64,000 bases of DNA from positions 10,254 to 74,253 of the forward strand of contig JAIXUI010000124.1 of the NCBI GenBank assembly GCA_027484125.1, written 5' to 3'. The DNA is from Bacteroidota bacterium. Lineage in GTDB: Bacteria > Bacteroidota > Bacteroidia > UBA7662 > JAIXUI01. The translations under genes were made by a program, and so were the position numbers. Below are positions 37,000 through 47,900 of this stretch, piece after piece; position 1 is the stretch's first letter; each line of letters opens with the position of its first letter. Below the pieces are notes generated by a model. The model was not told where the DNA came from. It did no database searches and saw only the letters and a list, made by a program, of their open reading frames with translations.

Positions 37000-37917
37000 T
37001 TAGCGAATTGCCAAGCAATGACTTATGCCATTGGTATAAGGAGTGTAGTCTTTTCCCATCTCTCTGAAGTACTTTTCGCTACTGAATAAGTAAGGATAGT
37101 CCATTTGATAGCGCATTTCTTTATTCTCACGCAAAGCTTTGACAAACAAATTCAGCAGTGGTTCCATCCATCCCGGCACCACTTGAATAGCATGAGTTTC
37201 GCCGCTTAAGCGGATTGCTTCTAGAATAAATTGTTCGATAGTAAGATGATGAGGATCTGTGGGAAGATGCCATACCTGCCCATAAGCAGAGGGCTTTAAA
37301 GAGAGAAGCGCCATTGCTTTACCTGCGTCAGGCGTATAGGTAAAAGAGTGTGCTAAGTCGGTTTTTCCTATCCACTGTGGCGCCTTTCCTTGCCTGAGCT
37401 TATCAAACACCATCACATGGCTAAAACTATTGAAGGCACCGGGGCCGTAAAAGTCGGCTGCTCTTACAATCATTCCCATCAATTTTCCACCTTCTATTTC
37501 ATCCATGAGGGTGGTAGCAATCTTGGCTCTTACCTCACCCTTTTTACTACATGGGTTGTAAGGAGTTTTTTCGGTCATCTGACCATTGACTAAGCCATAA
37601 GCATAAACATTGTCAAAGAATACGAGTTGAGCTGCCTGAGCTTCACAGGCTTCGATAACATTATCCATCACAATAGGCCAATCGCGCTGCCAGGTTGCAG
37701 TATCGTAAGGGAGACCAGCTACTAAGTGAACCACTTCGGCATCGCGAACTGCTTCCCGAACTTGCTTTTTGTCCAATAAATTGGCTGACAGGGTTTCATC
37801 GGTAGGGTTTACCACTTCCGGAGTGCGGGAAACCTGCCTTATTTGAGGCACGAAAGGGGAAAGAGACCGACTTAGTTCACGGGCAATCACGCCTCCAGAA
37901 CCTAAAATAACGTGCAT
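37000..37917 (-). CDS. NAD-dependent epimerase/dehydratase family protein (NAD(P)-binding Rossmann)
   Basis: N-terminal MHVILGSGGVIAREL glycine motif; ~305 aa. Confidence 0.55.
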   Translation of the reverse strand: MHVILGSGGVIARELSRSLSPFVPQIRQVSRTPEVVNPTDETLSANLLDKKQVREAVRDAEVVHLVAGLPYDTATWQRDWPIVMDNVIEACEAQAAQLVFFDNVYAYGLVNGQMTEKTPYNPCSKKGEVRAKIATTLMDEIEGGKLMGMIVRAADFYGPGAFNSFSHVMVFDKLRQGKAPQWIGKTDLAHSFTYTPDAGKAMALLSLKPSAYGQVWHLPTDPHHLTIEQFILEAIRLSGETHAIQVVPGWMEPLLNLFVKALRENKEMRYQMDYPYLFSSEKYFREMGKDYTPYTNGISHCLAIR

Positions 37918-37956
37918 AATACCTAGATTTAATTCTTCAATTTAAGCAAAAAAGCA

Positions 37957-39366
37957 CTACAAATTAAGAATCTGCTTTAGGATGTTGGGGACTGCGGTAA
38001 GTTGCAACTCTCGAGCTGCCCGTTGATAAGTGAGCATACCAGCTAACTCCGGGGTATTCTGACTTGCTCTCAAGTTGTTCCAGGTCCGGTCAAAGATTAG
38101 CTTTCCAGACTCCAAATCAGTCACAGTCATCCGAAGGTTCATTTGGGCAGCGGCAAGACCCTGTGCAGCTTGCTCTTCTCTGGTATCGGCAGAAATCTCG
38201 ATTAAGTAATCGGAGTTGGCCGGAGCTTCTGATAATTGGAAACTCTCGCGAAAAAGACGCTCACGAACAGCTCTCGCTAAAGGAGCGCCTGCTACATCCT
38301 GACCCAAATTTTTCTCTTTAGATCGAATGAAAAAAACGGGAGGTTTCACATTAAGCACCAAGCTGGCTTCCGGAACACTTTGTTTGTTCAATAGCTTACG
38401 CCAAACTTGTTTGCTTCTTCCTTGAAAAATAGCGTCTAAATCAGGAGTAATGGTAATTTCCTGGATATTCTCACGAGTGCTGACAGAACCAATTTTGAAG
38501 AGATACTGGCCACGATCGTTGGTTACTGGATTTCCGGTAATATCTCCATCGCCTTTGGTAAATTCCACTTTTAGGGGTAAATTCCTAACCGGCAGCGTTC
38601 TACCACTGCGGTAACGCACGCTTAAAAAAGTTTCTTGATCTACAGGGCGACCGGCCTTTAAATCGAGCTGATCGATGTTGTAAGTCATCACCAAACTCTT
38701 AAAAAGGCGGTTTAAAAGGCTTACGATCTCATTTCCCAGAAAGATATTTTTACCCTGAAAGTCAGTTTGAAGGCTTTCATTCAAGTACTCCTTAATGGAT
38801 TCTAAGGCAGAGCAAGCGTTATCAACAGCCACCGTAACCATTCCGGCATCTTCGGCTTTAAGTGCTTTATCATAGAAATCGAGCGCCTTAGATACCGCTT
38901 GAGCTTGGGCTTGTGCCCTCAGTTCGGCGTAGCGAGCTTTAGATATTCTAAGATAAATCCAGTAATCAGAGGGGCCTTCCCAGGTATCTACTGTTTCATA
39001 ATCTTCCAGCTTGATATTGGAACTAGTTTGGGTAATGCTGCGATAATCACTTGAAATATCGCCGCCTTGCTCCATGCGATCGAGCACGGAGTTGGTGGCC
39101 ACATTCACGGAGATTTGTCCCACCATATCACCTAAAGCCCGTTTCCGGGCTTCTTCCAAATGGCTATTCCCTACTACATCTTTGGAGGCAACACCAATTC
39201 CGATATAAAAAGCTGAACTAATTGGGCGCTTAGAAACCCAAGCTGGGGCAACGGTTTCAGCCTTCGACTTAGTATTGCTTCTATCCGTATTTGACCTATT
39301 GGAATTGTTTGTTTTTGACGAATAACACGCCGTTAGCAATAGCCAAGCATAAATCAGCTTTTTCAT
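37957..39366 (-). CDS. hypothetical lipoprotein (LPP20-like?)
   Basis: Signal plus lipobox LLLTACYSS. I see no confident family. Its start overlaps the upstream lipoprotein gene's stop by 4 nt (ATGA). Confidence 0.5.
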   Translation of the reverse strand: MKKLIYAWLLLTACYSSKTNNSNRSNTDRSNTKSKAETVAPAWVSKRPISSAFYIGIGVASKDVVGNSHLEEARKRALGDMVGQISVNVATNSVLDRMEQGGDISSDYRSITQTSSNIKLEDYETVDTWEGPSDYWIYLRISKARYAELRAQAQAQAVSKALDFYDKALKAEDAGMVTVAVDNACSALESIKEYLNESLQTDFQGKNIFLGNEIVSLLNRLFKSLVMTYNIDQLDLKAGRPVDQETFLSVRYRSGRTLPVRNLPLKVEFTKGDGDITGNPVTNDRGQYLFKIGSVSTRENIQEITITPDLDAIFQGRSKQVWRKLLNKQSVPEASLVLNVKPPVFFIRSKEKNLGQDVAGAPLARAVRERLFRESFQLSEAPANSDYLIEISADTREEQAAQGLAAAQMNLRMTVTDLESGKLIFDRTWNNLRASQNTPELAGMLTYQRAARELQLTAVPNILKQILNL

Positions 39367-40757
39367 GGACGAGTCCTTTCGTATTCTAAAATTTGATCTG
39401 CAACGTTATGGCTTACTGTTTCTTCTAGCTCCTGAAGCAGTAAGCTTTCGTCTTTTAAAGTTTGACGCCCATTTAACATGCTTTGCAATTGTCGATATTG
39501 ATTCGTTAATACCCTATCGCGTGGGTCATTCATGTTTTGATTTCTCCATACACCGGGATATAATGATCGGGTATTTCCACCGTAAGTAGCATAAGTAATT
39601 TCATCTACTGCATTTTCATTGACTAATCCAGATCGAAGGATTTTACCCGTTTCAGCATTGACCAATTGCCATTGCAGTTGAAAATTTAAAGCTATACTGG
39701 CAGAATACTCCGTGTACATCACCTTACGATAAGAAGTTCTAAGCACTTCTTGCTTGAGCTCCTTCGACCAAACTTTTTCTTGATATGCCTCAAAGCCTGT
39801 TCTATCTACTCCACGCGGTTGCTTTCTGCTGGCAGTGATTCCAATTACCTTACCTACTAAAATTGTTTTCGCGCCTGTGAGGTCGGCCATTTTGCTATAA
39901 TCCTTGGTATCAAACCCAATATTTTGTTCTTGAAACACTCGATCAGACTGAGACCGGTCTATCAAGGCGATAAATTCATTGCCTGACTGACTGAGAGAAG
40001 AAACTATTCTTGCTAAAACTGCATCAGCTTCCTGTCGGTCGATTCTGCTAGCCTGAAATGGGGCGAAAGCAATGGTGAGGGTGGCTTTTTCTTTGGAATC
40101 AGTCATTAATAACTGAACATCCTGATAATTCCTATCGATTTGCGCAGCCGCTTTAAACCCTTCATACGCGCGTCGAAAATTTTGATTGTCGTAATCCGCC
40201 CTGGCATCTTCATAGGTTTTAATGAGCAAAGCCCTGTTTTTCATCTTTGCCGCGTCCTTGAAATCAGGTTGGATTGTAACTATTTCCTGAAACTTTGATT
40301 CAGCTTCAGAGTAAGACTTTTTCCTGAGGAGTTGTTGAGCCTCATTGTATAACCTATTTAGAAACTCCTTTTTATCTTCTTCGAAATCATCTTGATAAAC
40401 CGAAGGAATTGAGAGTTCAACGCGAAAAGTGCTAATCTCCTTTACAATTTTTTGTGCTTCCAAGAAGGCATAAACAGCTTCACGGTAATTTTGGTCCATA
40501 TGTGCCCTGGAAAACTTATTAATTTGTTGATCCAGCATCTTCTGACCAGTAGATTTCAGTCCTTGACGTGCTTTAATATTGGTTAAGTCATTGGTCAAGG
40601 CCATTTTATAATTATATACTGCATCATCCCATAGGCCAGCTTTGGCGAATTTATCGCCACGGCTGACATACATTTTGGTTGCTGAACAGGCGCTGAGCAA
40701 TAAAATCAAGCCCAAAGTCAGCAGACGGGCAGTGGAAAATGAAAGGATAGGCTTCAT
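39363..40757 (-). CDS. TPR-repeat lipoprotein with C-terminal CsgG/LpoB-like domain
   Basis: Lipobox LLLSACSAT. The N-terminal half is TPR-like (YNYKMALTND..., YREAVYAFLEAQK...). The C-terminal ATLTIAFAPFQASRIDRQEADAVLARIVSSL...ILVGKVIGI resembles the LpoB/CsgG/FlgO-type fold motif. Confidence 0.45.
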   Translation of the reverse strand: MKPILSFSTARLLTLGLILLLSACSATKMYVSRGDKFAKAGLWDDAVYNYKMALTNDLTNIKARQGLKSTGQKMLDQQINKFSRAHMDQNYREAVYAFLEAQKIVKEISTFRVELSIPSVYQDDFEEDKKEFLNRLYNEAQQLLRKKSYSEAESKFQEIVTIQPDFKDAAKMKNRALLIKTYEDARADYDNQNFRRAYEGFKAAAQIDRNYQDVQLLMTDSKEKATLTIAFAPFQASRIDRQEADAVLARIVSSLSQSGNEFIALIDRSQSDRVFQEQNIGFDTKDYSKMADLTGAKTILVGKVIGITASRKQPRGVDRTGFEAYQEKVWSKELKQEVLRTSYRKVMYTEYSASIALNFQLQWQLVNAETGKILRSGLVNENAVDEITYATYGGNTRSLYPGVWRNQNMNDPRDRVLTNQYRQLQSMLNGRQTLKDESLLLQELEETVSHNVADQILEYERTRP

Positions 40758-40823
40758 GGATGATGTAAAATTACGCTCGTTCGCGCCAATGTCAAATAAC
40801 GTGCCGCTAAGCTATCAATCTTA

Positions 40824-40831
40824 TACCTTTG
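40824..40831 (+). promoter_or_regulatory. Candidate -7 promoter element (TACCTTTG) upstream of rbfA
   Basis: Exact TAnnTTTG only 4 nt before the rbfA ATG (40836). This would imply a leaderless or very short-leader transcript. Confidence 0.25.
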
Positions 40832-40835
40832 TGTC

Positions 40836-41174
40836 ATGAATGCTTCAACCCGTCAGCTTAAAGTTGCAAGACTACTACAGAAGGAACTTTCTGAAGTTTT
40901 AAAACCAGAAATGCAGCTTAGATTCCCGGGCGCCATGATTACCATCACCAAGGTGAACATCAGTCCTGATTTAGGGGTGGCTCATGTATATCTAAGCGTA
41001 TTTATGGCAAAAGCAGAACAAGTTATTGCTCAAATTACGCTCGACCATACCGAAATTCGCTACAAATTGGGGCAAAGAATCCGCCATCAACTGCGAATTG
41101 TTCCGGAGCTTCACTTCCATATCGACGATTCGCTGGATTACATTGACCGTATTGACCAACTGCTTAAGCAGTGA
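40836..41174 (+). CDS. rbfA: ribosome-binding factor A
   Basis: RQLKVARLLQKELSEVL...ITITKVNISPDLGVAHVYLSVF is the RbfA signature. Confidence 0.85.
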   Translation: MNASTRQLKVARLLQKELSEVLKPEMQLRFPGAMITITKVNISPDLGVAHVYLSVFMAKAEQVIAQITLDHTEIRYKLGQRIRHQLRIVPELHFHIDDSLDYIDRIDQLLKQ

Positions 41175-42367
41175 GTGCAGTAAAAACCCTGCTTTTCCTT
41201 TCCTTTCGCTATTTGTTCTTTCGGAGAAAAGGAAAATTCATCAACCTGCTCAGCTTCATTTCCTTCATCGGAGTGATGGCCGGGACCGCTGCATTGATTC
41301 TGGTTTTGTCTGTTTTTAATGGATTAGAACACCTTTTTACTGAATTATCAGGCAGGCAAGAACCTACCCTACTGATTACGCCGAAAACTGGTAAATACCT
41401 GGAAGCCAATGACTCATTACTTTTGGTTATCAAGCAAAAAACAGGCGCTTCTGCCGGGTATTGGATTGAAGAAAACATCCTAATCAGACATAATCAGCTT
41501 GAACTAATTGGCTCGATCAGGGGTATGAAGCCAGAAATGTTTCTAGCAGCTGGCTACGATACCTGCCTCATCAACGGAAGCTTGCCAAAAGACGACGGAA
41601 GTATAGCTGTTAGCAGTGAGATTGCCGGAAGCCTTGGAATTAGTCCGGGTCCATTTGACCAAATTACAGAGTTATTTGCTCCGCAACCTGGTAAAGTTTC
41701 GGTTCTGAATCCTGAAAAAGCCTTCAAAAGAGAGGCATTTTTAAGCCAAGGTGTTTTCAGTGCCGGGAGTGAGAAAAGCAGGTTGATGGTATTAACCCAT
41801 CTTAGTGCAGCTGAAAAATTGGTAGGAAAGCCCGGAATGGCCACCGGAATTGTCCTTTTTGGCCATGAAGACCTAATGAAGGAATGGTCTGAAACACTCA
41901 AAATACTGCTCGGAAATGATTTCCAAGTAAAGGACAAATACCAGCAGCAAGAAGCTATTTACGCGGTATTTCGTTCTGAAAAACTATGGTCATTGTTGCT
42001 TTTAAGCATTCTAACCGGACTAGCGGCGCTAAATCTTGTTGGCAGTCTTTCGATGCTCATTCTTCATAAAAAACACGATTTATTTATACTAGGCGCTATG
42101 GGCATGGCTGTAACACAAAAGCGCTACGTATTCGGACTAACAGGCATGCTTATCAGCTTGTGCGGATTAGTTGGCGGGCTTGGATTAGGCAGCGCACTGA
42201 TTTGGGCTCAACAAACATTTGAGATCATTCAATTCCAAGTCAATAGTTCAGCTTCTGAAGCCTATCCGGTACTTTTTCAGTGGAAGGACGTCGGTATAGT
42301 TAGCTTAATTGTGCTGATTTGCAGCATTTTCTGCCTTTGGATACCGGTGAGAAAAATCCGAGACTAA
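41171..42367 (+). CDS. FtsX-like ABC transporter permease (LolC/E-like)
   Basis: GTG start overlapping the rbfA stop. The N-terminus LSFRYLFFRRKGKFINLLSFISFIGVMAGTAALILVLSVFNG is LolE/FtsX-like, with a large periplasmic loop and three C-terminal TM helices. Confidence 0.7.
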   Translation: MSAVKTLLFLSFRYLFFRRKGKFINLLSFISFIGVMAGTAALILVLSVFNGLEHLFTELSGRQEPTLLITPKTGKYLEANDSLLLVIKQKTGASAGYWIEENILIRHNQLELIGSIRGMKPEMFLAAGYDTCLINGSLPKDDGSIAVSSEIAGSLGISPGPFDQITELFAPQPGKVSVLNPEKAFKREAFLSQGVFSAGSEKSRLMVLTHLSAAEKLVGKPGMATGIVLFGHEDLMKEWSETLKILLGNDFQVKDKYQQQEAIYAVFRSEKLWSLLLLSILTGLAALNLVGSLSMLILHKKHDLFILGAMGMAVTQKRYVFGLTGMLISLCGLVGGLGLGSALIWAQQTFEIIQFQVNSSASEAYPVLFQWKDVGIVSLIVLICSIFCLWIPVRKIRD

Positions 42368-43833
42368 CTACGGCTGTAATTAGGGGCTTCTCTGGTTATG
42401 GTTACACCATGAGGATGCGACTCTCTCACTCCATTGTTGGTAATTCGAACAAAAGAGGCTTGTTGAAGCTCAGAAATGGTTCGAGCGCCACAGTATCCCA
42501 TTCCGGCCTTCAAACCGCCGATGTATTGATACATCACTTCTGCCAGCTTTCCTTTGTAAGGCACCCTTCCCACGATGCCTTCTGGAACCAATTTTTTGAT
42601 TTCATCTTCTGCATCTTGAAAGTATCGATCTTTTGAACCTTCTTTCATGGCTTCAATAGACCCCATGCCTCGGTAAGTTTTGAACTTTCTTCCTTCAAAA
42701 ATGATGGTTTCACCAGGAGATTCTTCAACCCCGGCGAATAATGAGCCAGCCATGATGCTTGAAGCGCCAGCAGCCAAAGCTTTTACAATATCTCCCGTAT
42801 AACGAATGCCTCCATCAGCAATGATGGGAATTCGACCTTGAAGAGCTGCTGCCACCTCCAAAATGGCGGTAAGCTGAGGGACTCCAACACCAGCGATCAC
42901 GCGGGTAGTACAGATAGAACCTGGCCCTACACCCACCTTCACCGCATCGGCTCCAGCATCTGCTAAAGCCATTGCTGCTGCTCCTGTAGCGATGTTTCCA
43001 ACAATAACTTGTAACAATGGATAGGCAGCTTTCACCTGCTTTAGTGCGTTGATGACCCCAGCAGAATGCCCGTGAGCAGTATCGATAGTAATAACATCAA
43101 CACCTGCATGAACCAACGCGGATACACGCTCAAGCATATCCGCTGTTACACCTACCGCAGCCCCCACACGGAGCCTCCCCATGCTGTCTTTACAAGCCAT
43201 GGGATGGTCTTTGGTTTTAAGAATATCGCGGTAAGTAATGAGCCCGGTTAACATGCCGGATTCATTGATTACGGGAAGTTTCTCAATTTTATGAGATTGA
43301 AGGATGGTTTCAGCCTCCGCTAAAGTGATTCCTTCGCGGGCTGTGATGAGGTTTTGTTGAGTCATCACTTCTGAAACTTTTCGTTGATGGTCTTTTTCAA
43401 ACCGAAGGTCTCGGTTAGTTAGAATACCCACTAGCTTGCGTGCACCATCTACGACCGGAATTCCGCCAATGCGATTTTCACGCATAAGTTCAAGTGCAAA
43501 TCCTATTGTGTCGCCAGGATTTAATGTAATTGGATCCACAATTAACCCACTTTCGGAACGCTTGACTTTACGTACTTCCTTGGCTTGATCAACAATGCTC
43601 ATGTTTTTATGCAACATCCCAATCCCTCCTTCATGAGCGATTGCAATGGCTAATTCAGATCCTGTAACGGTATCCATGGCTGCGGATACGATAGGAACAT
43701 GAATACTGATTTTACTGGTTAGTTGAGAACTGATGTTGACTTCGCGAGGAAGGACTTCAGAATAGGCTGGAAGCAGGAGTACGTCATCGTAGGTAAGGCC
43801 TTCGCCGACGATTTTTTGTGAGAAGTCAAACAT
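42364..43833 (-). CDS. guaB: IMP dehydrogenase
   Basis: [14 protein letters not shown], a CBS pair, catalytic GPGSICTTR, and GGIRYTGD. Track start 43842 is TTG; ATG at 43833. Confidence 0.9.
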   Translation of the reverse strand: MFDFSQKIVGEGLTYDDVLLLPAYSEVLPREVNISSQLTSKISIHVPIVSAAMDTVTGSELAIAIAHEGGIGMLHKNMSIVDQAKEVRKVKRSESGLIVDPITLNPGDTIGFALELMRENRIGGIPVVDGARKLVGILTNRDLRFEKDHQRKVSEVMTQQNLITAREGITLAEAETILQSHKIEKLPVINESGMLTGLITYRDILKTKDHPMACKDSMGRLRVGAAVGVTADMLERVSALVHAGVDVITIDTAHGHSAGVINALKQVKAAYPLLQVIVGNIATGAAAMALADAGADAVKVGVGPGSICTTRVIAGVGVPQLTAILEVAAALQGRIPIIADGGIRYTGDIVKALAAGASSIMAGSLFAGVEESPGETIIFEGRKFKTYRGMGSIEAMKEGSKDRYFQDAEDEIKKLVPEGIVGRVPYKGKLAEVMYQYIGGLKAGMGYCGARTISELQQASFVRITNNGVRESHPHGVTITREAPNYSRS

Positions 43834-43881
43834 GGCAAACAAGGAGCTTATTTGCCGGACGAAGATACTGCTTTTACCCTT

Positions 43882-44805
43882 TTACTTGATTCCTTTAAAA
43901 ACATCTGGATAGTCAGTAATAATACCATCAACTCCCCAAGTTTTTAACTTAACCATATCGGCCTCAGCGTTTACTGTCCATGGAATAACCCGGATATTCT
44001 TTTGGTGAAGCAAAAGGACATCTTCTTGCGTCAACAATTGATAATCAGGGCTGTAGATATCTGGATTGAAGCCAAGCTTTTCTAAATTCTGAACTACTCC
44101 ATTTTTATTTTCAACCAATAAAGCAGTTTTTATGGGAAGTGATTTGGAAGCGATGTATTTCAAGACCCTGATATCAAAACTTTGGATGATTGTTCGGTTA
44201 ACCAAACCATTGTCCATCACCACTTTGAGTACTAAATCAGCATATTGTTGAGGTTCTGGGTGGTATTTTTTATCCCCATCCGGCGTTGATTTGATTTCAA
44301 TATTGTACCACACTTGAGGCAGTTTATGCTCTCGGATGTATCGCTCGGTTACCTGAAGGGCTTCGCGCAGTAGAGGCTTACAAACCGGCATTCTTACTTG
44401 AGTAGGGAAGTTAAAATTTCCTTTCGACCCACAATCAAAGAGCATAATCTCTTGATAAGTCATTTTAAAGAGATTATACTCCCTTTCCTTTTTTATTGAA
44501 ATTGGATAATCAGTACTATCAAAGCAAATCAGCGCACTCATCCAAGGCTCATGAGAAAGCACTACTTGAAGATCCTTAGATATGACCACGTCCATCTCGA
44601 GCGTAGTCACGCCTTTCTCTAGTGCTTTCATTAACGCTGGCAGGGTATTCTCGGGCATCAAACCTCTGCAACCTCTATGACCTTGTAAATCGAAAGTTGG
44701 CCAAGGAGTTTGGGCAAAACATGGAAAAGCGAGGCTGATAAAAAAGCCAATGAGTAGATGAAATCTCATGGTGCGTCTAAAAATACCACAGGTTTTTAAA
44801 ACCAT
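43882..44805 (-). CDS. glycerophosphodiester phosphodiesterase family protein
   Basis: HRGCRGLMPENTLPAL...LEMDVVISKD is the GDPD motif. A signal peptide is likely from the second ATG (44769, MRFHLLIGFFISLAFPCFAQ). Confidence 0.7.
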   Translation of the reverse strand: MVLKTCGIFRRTMRFHLLIGFFISLAFPCFAQTPWPTFDLQGHRGCRGLMPENTLPALMKALEKGVTTLEMDVVISKDLQVVLSHEPWMSALICFDSTDYPISIKKEREYNLFKMTYQEIMLFDCGSKGNFNFPTQVRMPVCKPLLREALQVTERYIREHKLPQVWYNIEIKSTPDGDKKYHPEPQQYADLVLKVVMDNGLVNRTIIQSFDIRVLKYIASKSLPIKTALLVENKNGVVQNLEKLGFNPDIYSPDYQLLTQEDVLLLHQKNIRVIPWTVNAEADMVKLKTWGVDGIITDYPDVFKGIK

Positions 44806-44912
44806 ACTAAAAACGATGGATAACGCTTCAATTTGTTAAACATTAACTATTTATTATCCTGTTTCCAACTGGTGAAAATCCAGAAGTCAGATTGATTGAG
44901 CTATAAATGAAG

Positions 44913-44940
44913 AAAGGGCTGGCTAAAAAGCCAACCCTTT
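44913..44940 (-). terminator. Terminator hairpin downstream of the giant gene
   Basis: aaagggctggc-taaaaa-gccaacccttt is an 11-bp stem with one G-U pair, 24 nt after the stop at 44964 on the minus strand. Confidence 0.55.
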
Positions 44941-44963
44941 CCAATATTGCCCGAAAGCAATTT

Positions 44964-47900
44964 TTATTTCACTACAGGCAGTTTAATGGTAAACTGACCA
45001 GCAGTTGTAGAGAGTTTCAACAGATAAACTCCTTCACTCAGGTTGATAGATTCAGTCAAGTCACCATTAGCGTTCAAGCTCTTGACTTGGTTTACCAAAC
45101 GACCATTGAGGTCGAGGATATCAATATGCTGAAGCGTTGCGTTTCCGAGACCAAAAACTCTAAGCTGACCATTGCTAAAGCTTACTTGAGGCTGAGAAGC
45201 TACTACTTGAGGATCAACGCTGGTAGTCATTGGAGCAAATACCAGATTGAAGCGGTTACGAATAACAGCAGGAGCACTTACATTGAACGTGTAAGCTGAC
45301 TGGCGGAGGTTATGAGTAGCTCCTGTTTGAAGATCTTGCAAGAAGATACCAGTAGAAGCATCCATATTATCCAATTGATCCAAAGCGATGGTGTAAGAAC
45401 CAGCGCGACCAGCATCCAGACCCATTGGAACTACTTTGTTAGAAGTAAGTTCTTCAAGACCTTGAATATCGAGGTCACGGTTACCAAGAATTGAGTAGAA
45501 GGCGATGTTGGCATTTCCTTTATTCTTACGTGCATCGAATAGACGATCGTAACCATCTGTTGCATCTTGAGTAAATCCGACCAAAGTCACGTTACGATCA
45601 CCATGGTTATTCGTAGCGCGTACATAGGCGCGTTTTACAGTATTGGCAGTACGAGTGAAGGCGTTAGCACCTGATGAACGCATACCATTAGTAAAACTAG
45701 CATTAGCACCTGCAACGTTAGCCTCTACAAAGAAACCTTGAGCAGTTCCTAAGTTGAATGCAGGACTTAACATGTTGAAAGTGATATAGTCAGATCCACT
45801 GAAGTTATTACCTGTAGGATTGGTTGAGAAAGGAGTATTCCAAAGGTAAACAGCACCATTAACAGAAGTATTGGCTGTTAAGAATGCTTGTCCATCAAGA
45901 GCACTTGGGTAAGGGTTACCAACAAGATTCCAACTTGAACCACCAAGGTTGTGTACCAATGCCACATTCACGTTACCAACATTAGGAGTACCTGAGAACT
46001 GACTGGTACCAGGAGCTCCGGCTGCGGAAGAGTTACTACCTGTAACCGCATAACCAACACCTGGAATCATTTGGGTTGTAGCAGGAACTGTTCCCCAAGA
46101 TTGAGTAACCGCGTTGAAGCTATACATATCAGGACCATCAACAACTGAAAGGTTATTGGAAGTCATTGGGCTTGACCAAAGTTGATACATCAGTGGGTTG
46201 GTAGTACCAGTACGACGAAGAAGAACAGTACCGGTAACGTTTCCAGCACCAATTGGAGTACCAGCCCCATGCATCAGGTTAGCACCGTCATTCAAGATTA
46301 AGGTACCAATATTTAAAGTAGTACCAGCAGCAACTGCTACAGTTCCGGAATAAAGGGTAGTAGCACCAGCAACAGCAGCATTTCCGGTAAATGCATCAAA
46401 GATGATAGTTCCAGTACCTTGGATGCTTCCGCCTTGGTTAGTGAGGTTACCACGAAGTGTAGAAGTTGTAGCCGCTGGAATAGTTGCACTAGCGCCAGAA
46501 CGAATAACTAAGTCAAAAATCACACTTCCATCAGGTAATGTAGCCGAAGTACCTGGTTGAACAACTACCGAAGAAAGGCTGGTAGCAGGACCAGGAGTAC
46601 CATTAATCCAAGCTGAACCACTCCAAATGATAGCAGGGTTTACATTGAGATTTAGACTAGTAGAAGTACCAGCTCCACATCCATTAAGCGCAGCTACACG
46701 AATTTCTCCGGAAGTTGCAGAGTTACTTACAGAGGCGGTAACACTAGCAGCAGTACCTCCTGTGAAGGTTAATCCTGTACCAGTGTAAGACCAAGAATAA
46801 CCTGTTACTCCTGCACCACCACCAGTAGCAGTGTATGACAAACCGGTAATACCTTGATAAGTATTGGTAGGTCCACTTACTACAGGAGCCGAGGCAACAC
46901 CTAGGGTTGGAGTGTACTCATAAGCACCCATATCAGGAGCTGAAGTTGAACGGGTAACACCATTGATTGAACCAGTTTCTGCAACCGGAGTACCTCCGTT
47001 ATTGGCAATACAATGGTCAAAGTTCAACTGACCTGTGGCAGCATTAGGGAACAATGGCGAAGGCAAGCTCGCAATGGTAGCCGTGCGAGAGTTGGCATCA
47101 CCACTTGAAGAAGTTCTCCATTGACTCAAAGTACGATTGGTGGTTCCCCACTCACCAATGGAAGTGGTATCACCGGCAAGCAAGAGGTTAAAGTCAGAAC
47201 TTGTCCAACCAGTTGCAGGGGTTGAAAGGTTATTACCAATAGCGAAGTGACGACCAGATCCTCCTGTACGCGTGTTAACGAAAACGTTGTTACGGAGATT
47301 AACAGGAAGTGCAGTTACTGTTGAAGAACGATGGAAAGCATAAGAACTAAGTGTTCCTGAACCGGTACCTGAAACGAAGATGGTGTTGTACTGAACAGTA
47401 GAAACTGTGGTTCCAGCAGTACCATCGTAGAAAATACCTGAAAGACGAGTATTGTTGGTTACCCCTTGACCAATACTGATTTCATTGTTAGCAATGGTCA
47501 AAGGAGCTGCGCCTGAAGTAAGACGTACATAAATACCAGCGGTTAATGAAGTAGCACCGGTAGTTCCATTAGAAATACCCAAAATAGTATTTCCAGAAAC
47601 CACCATTGATGCACCTCTTATCCCGATTCCTATTCCTGATGCGCCACCATTAATATTGGTTGCTGTTGTTAAGGAAATATCAGAAATTCTGTTACCGCGA
47701 ACTATCAATTGACCAGCAGATGCAGATGTCCCTGCTACTATACCCTGAACAGCCAAAGTTCCATCTGAAAAAGTCACTCTAGTAGAGGTCGTGGTTAGAT
47801 TGAATACTTCATTATTTAAAATTTCAGTTATGCCTGTACCCAGAGACGCAATACCCTGAAGTTGGGTAGTAGTCCCAGTTCCATTAGCTAAAACAAATCC

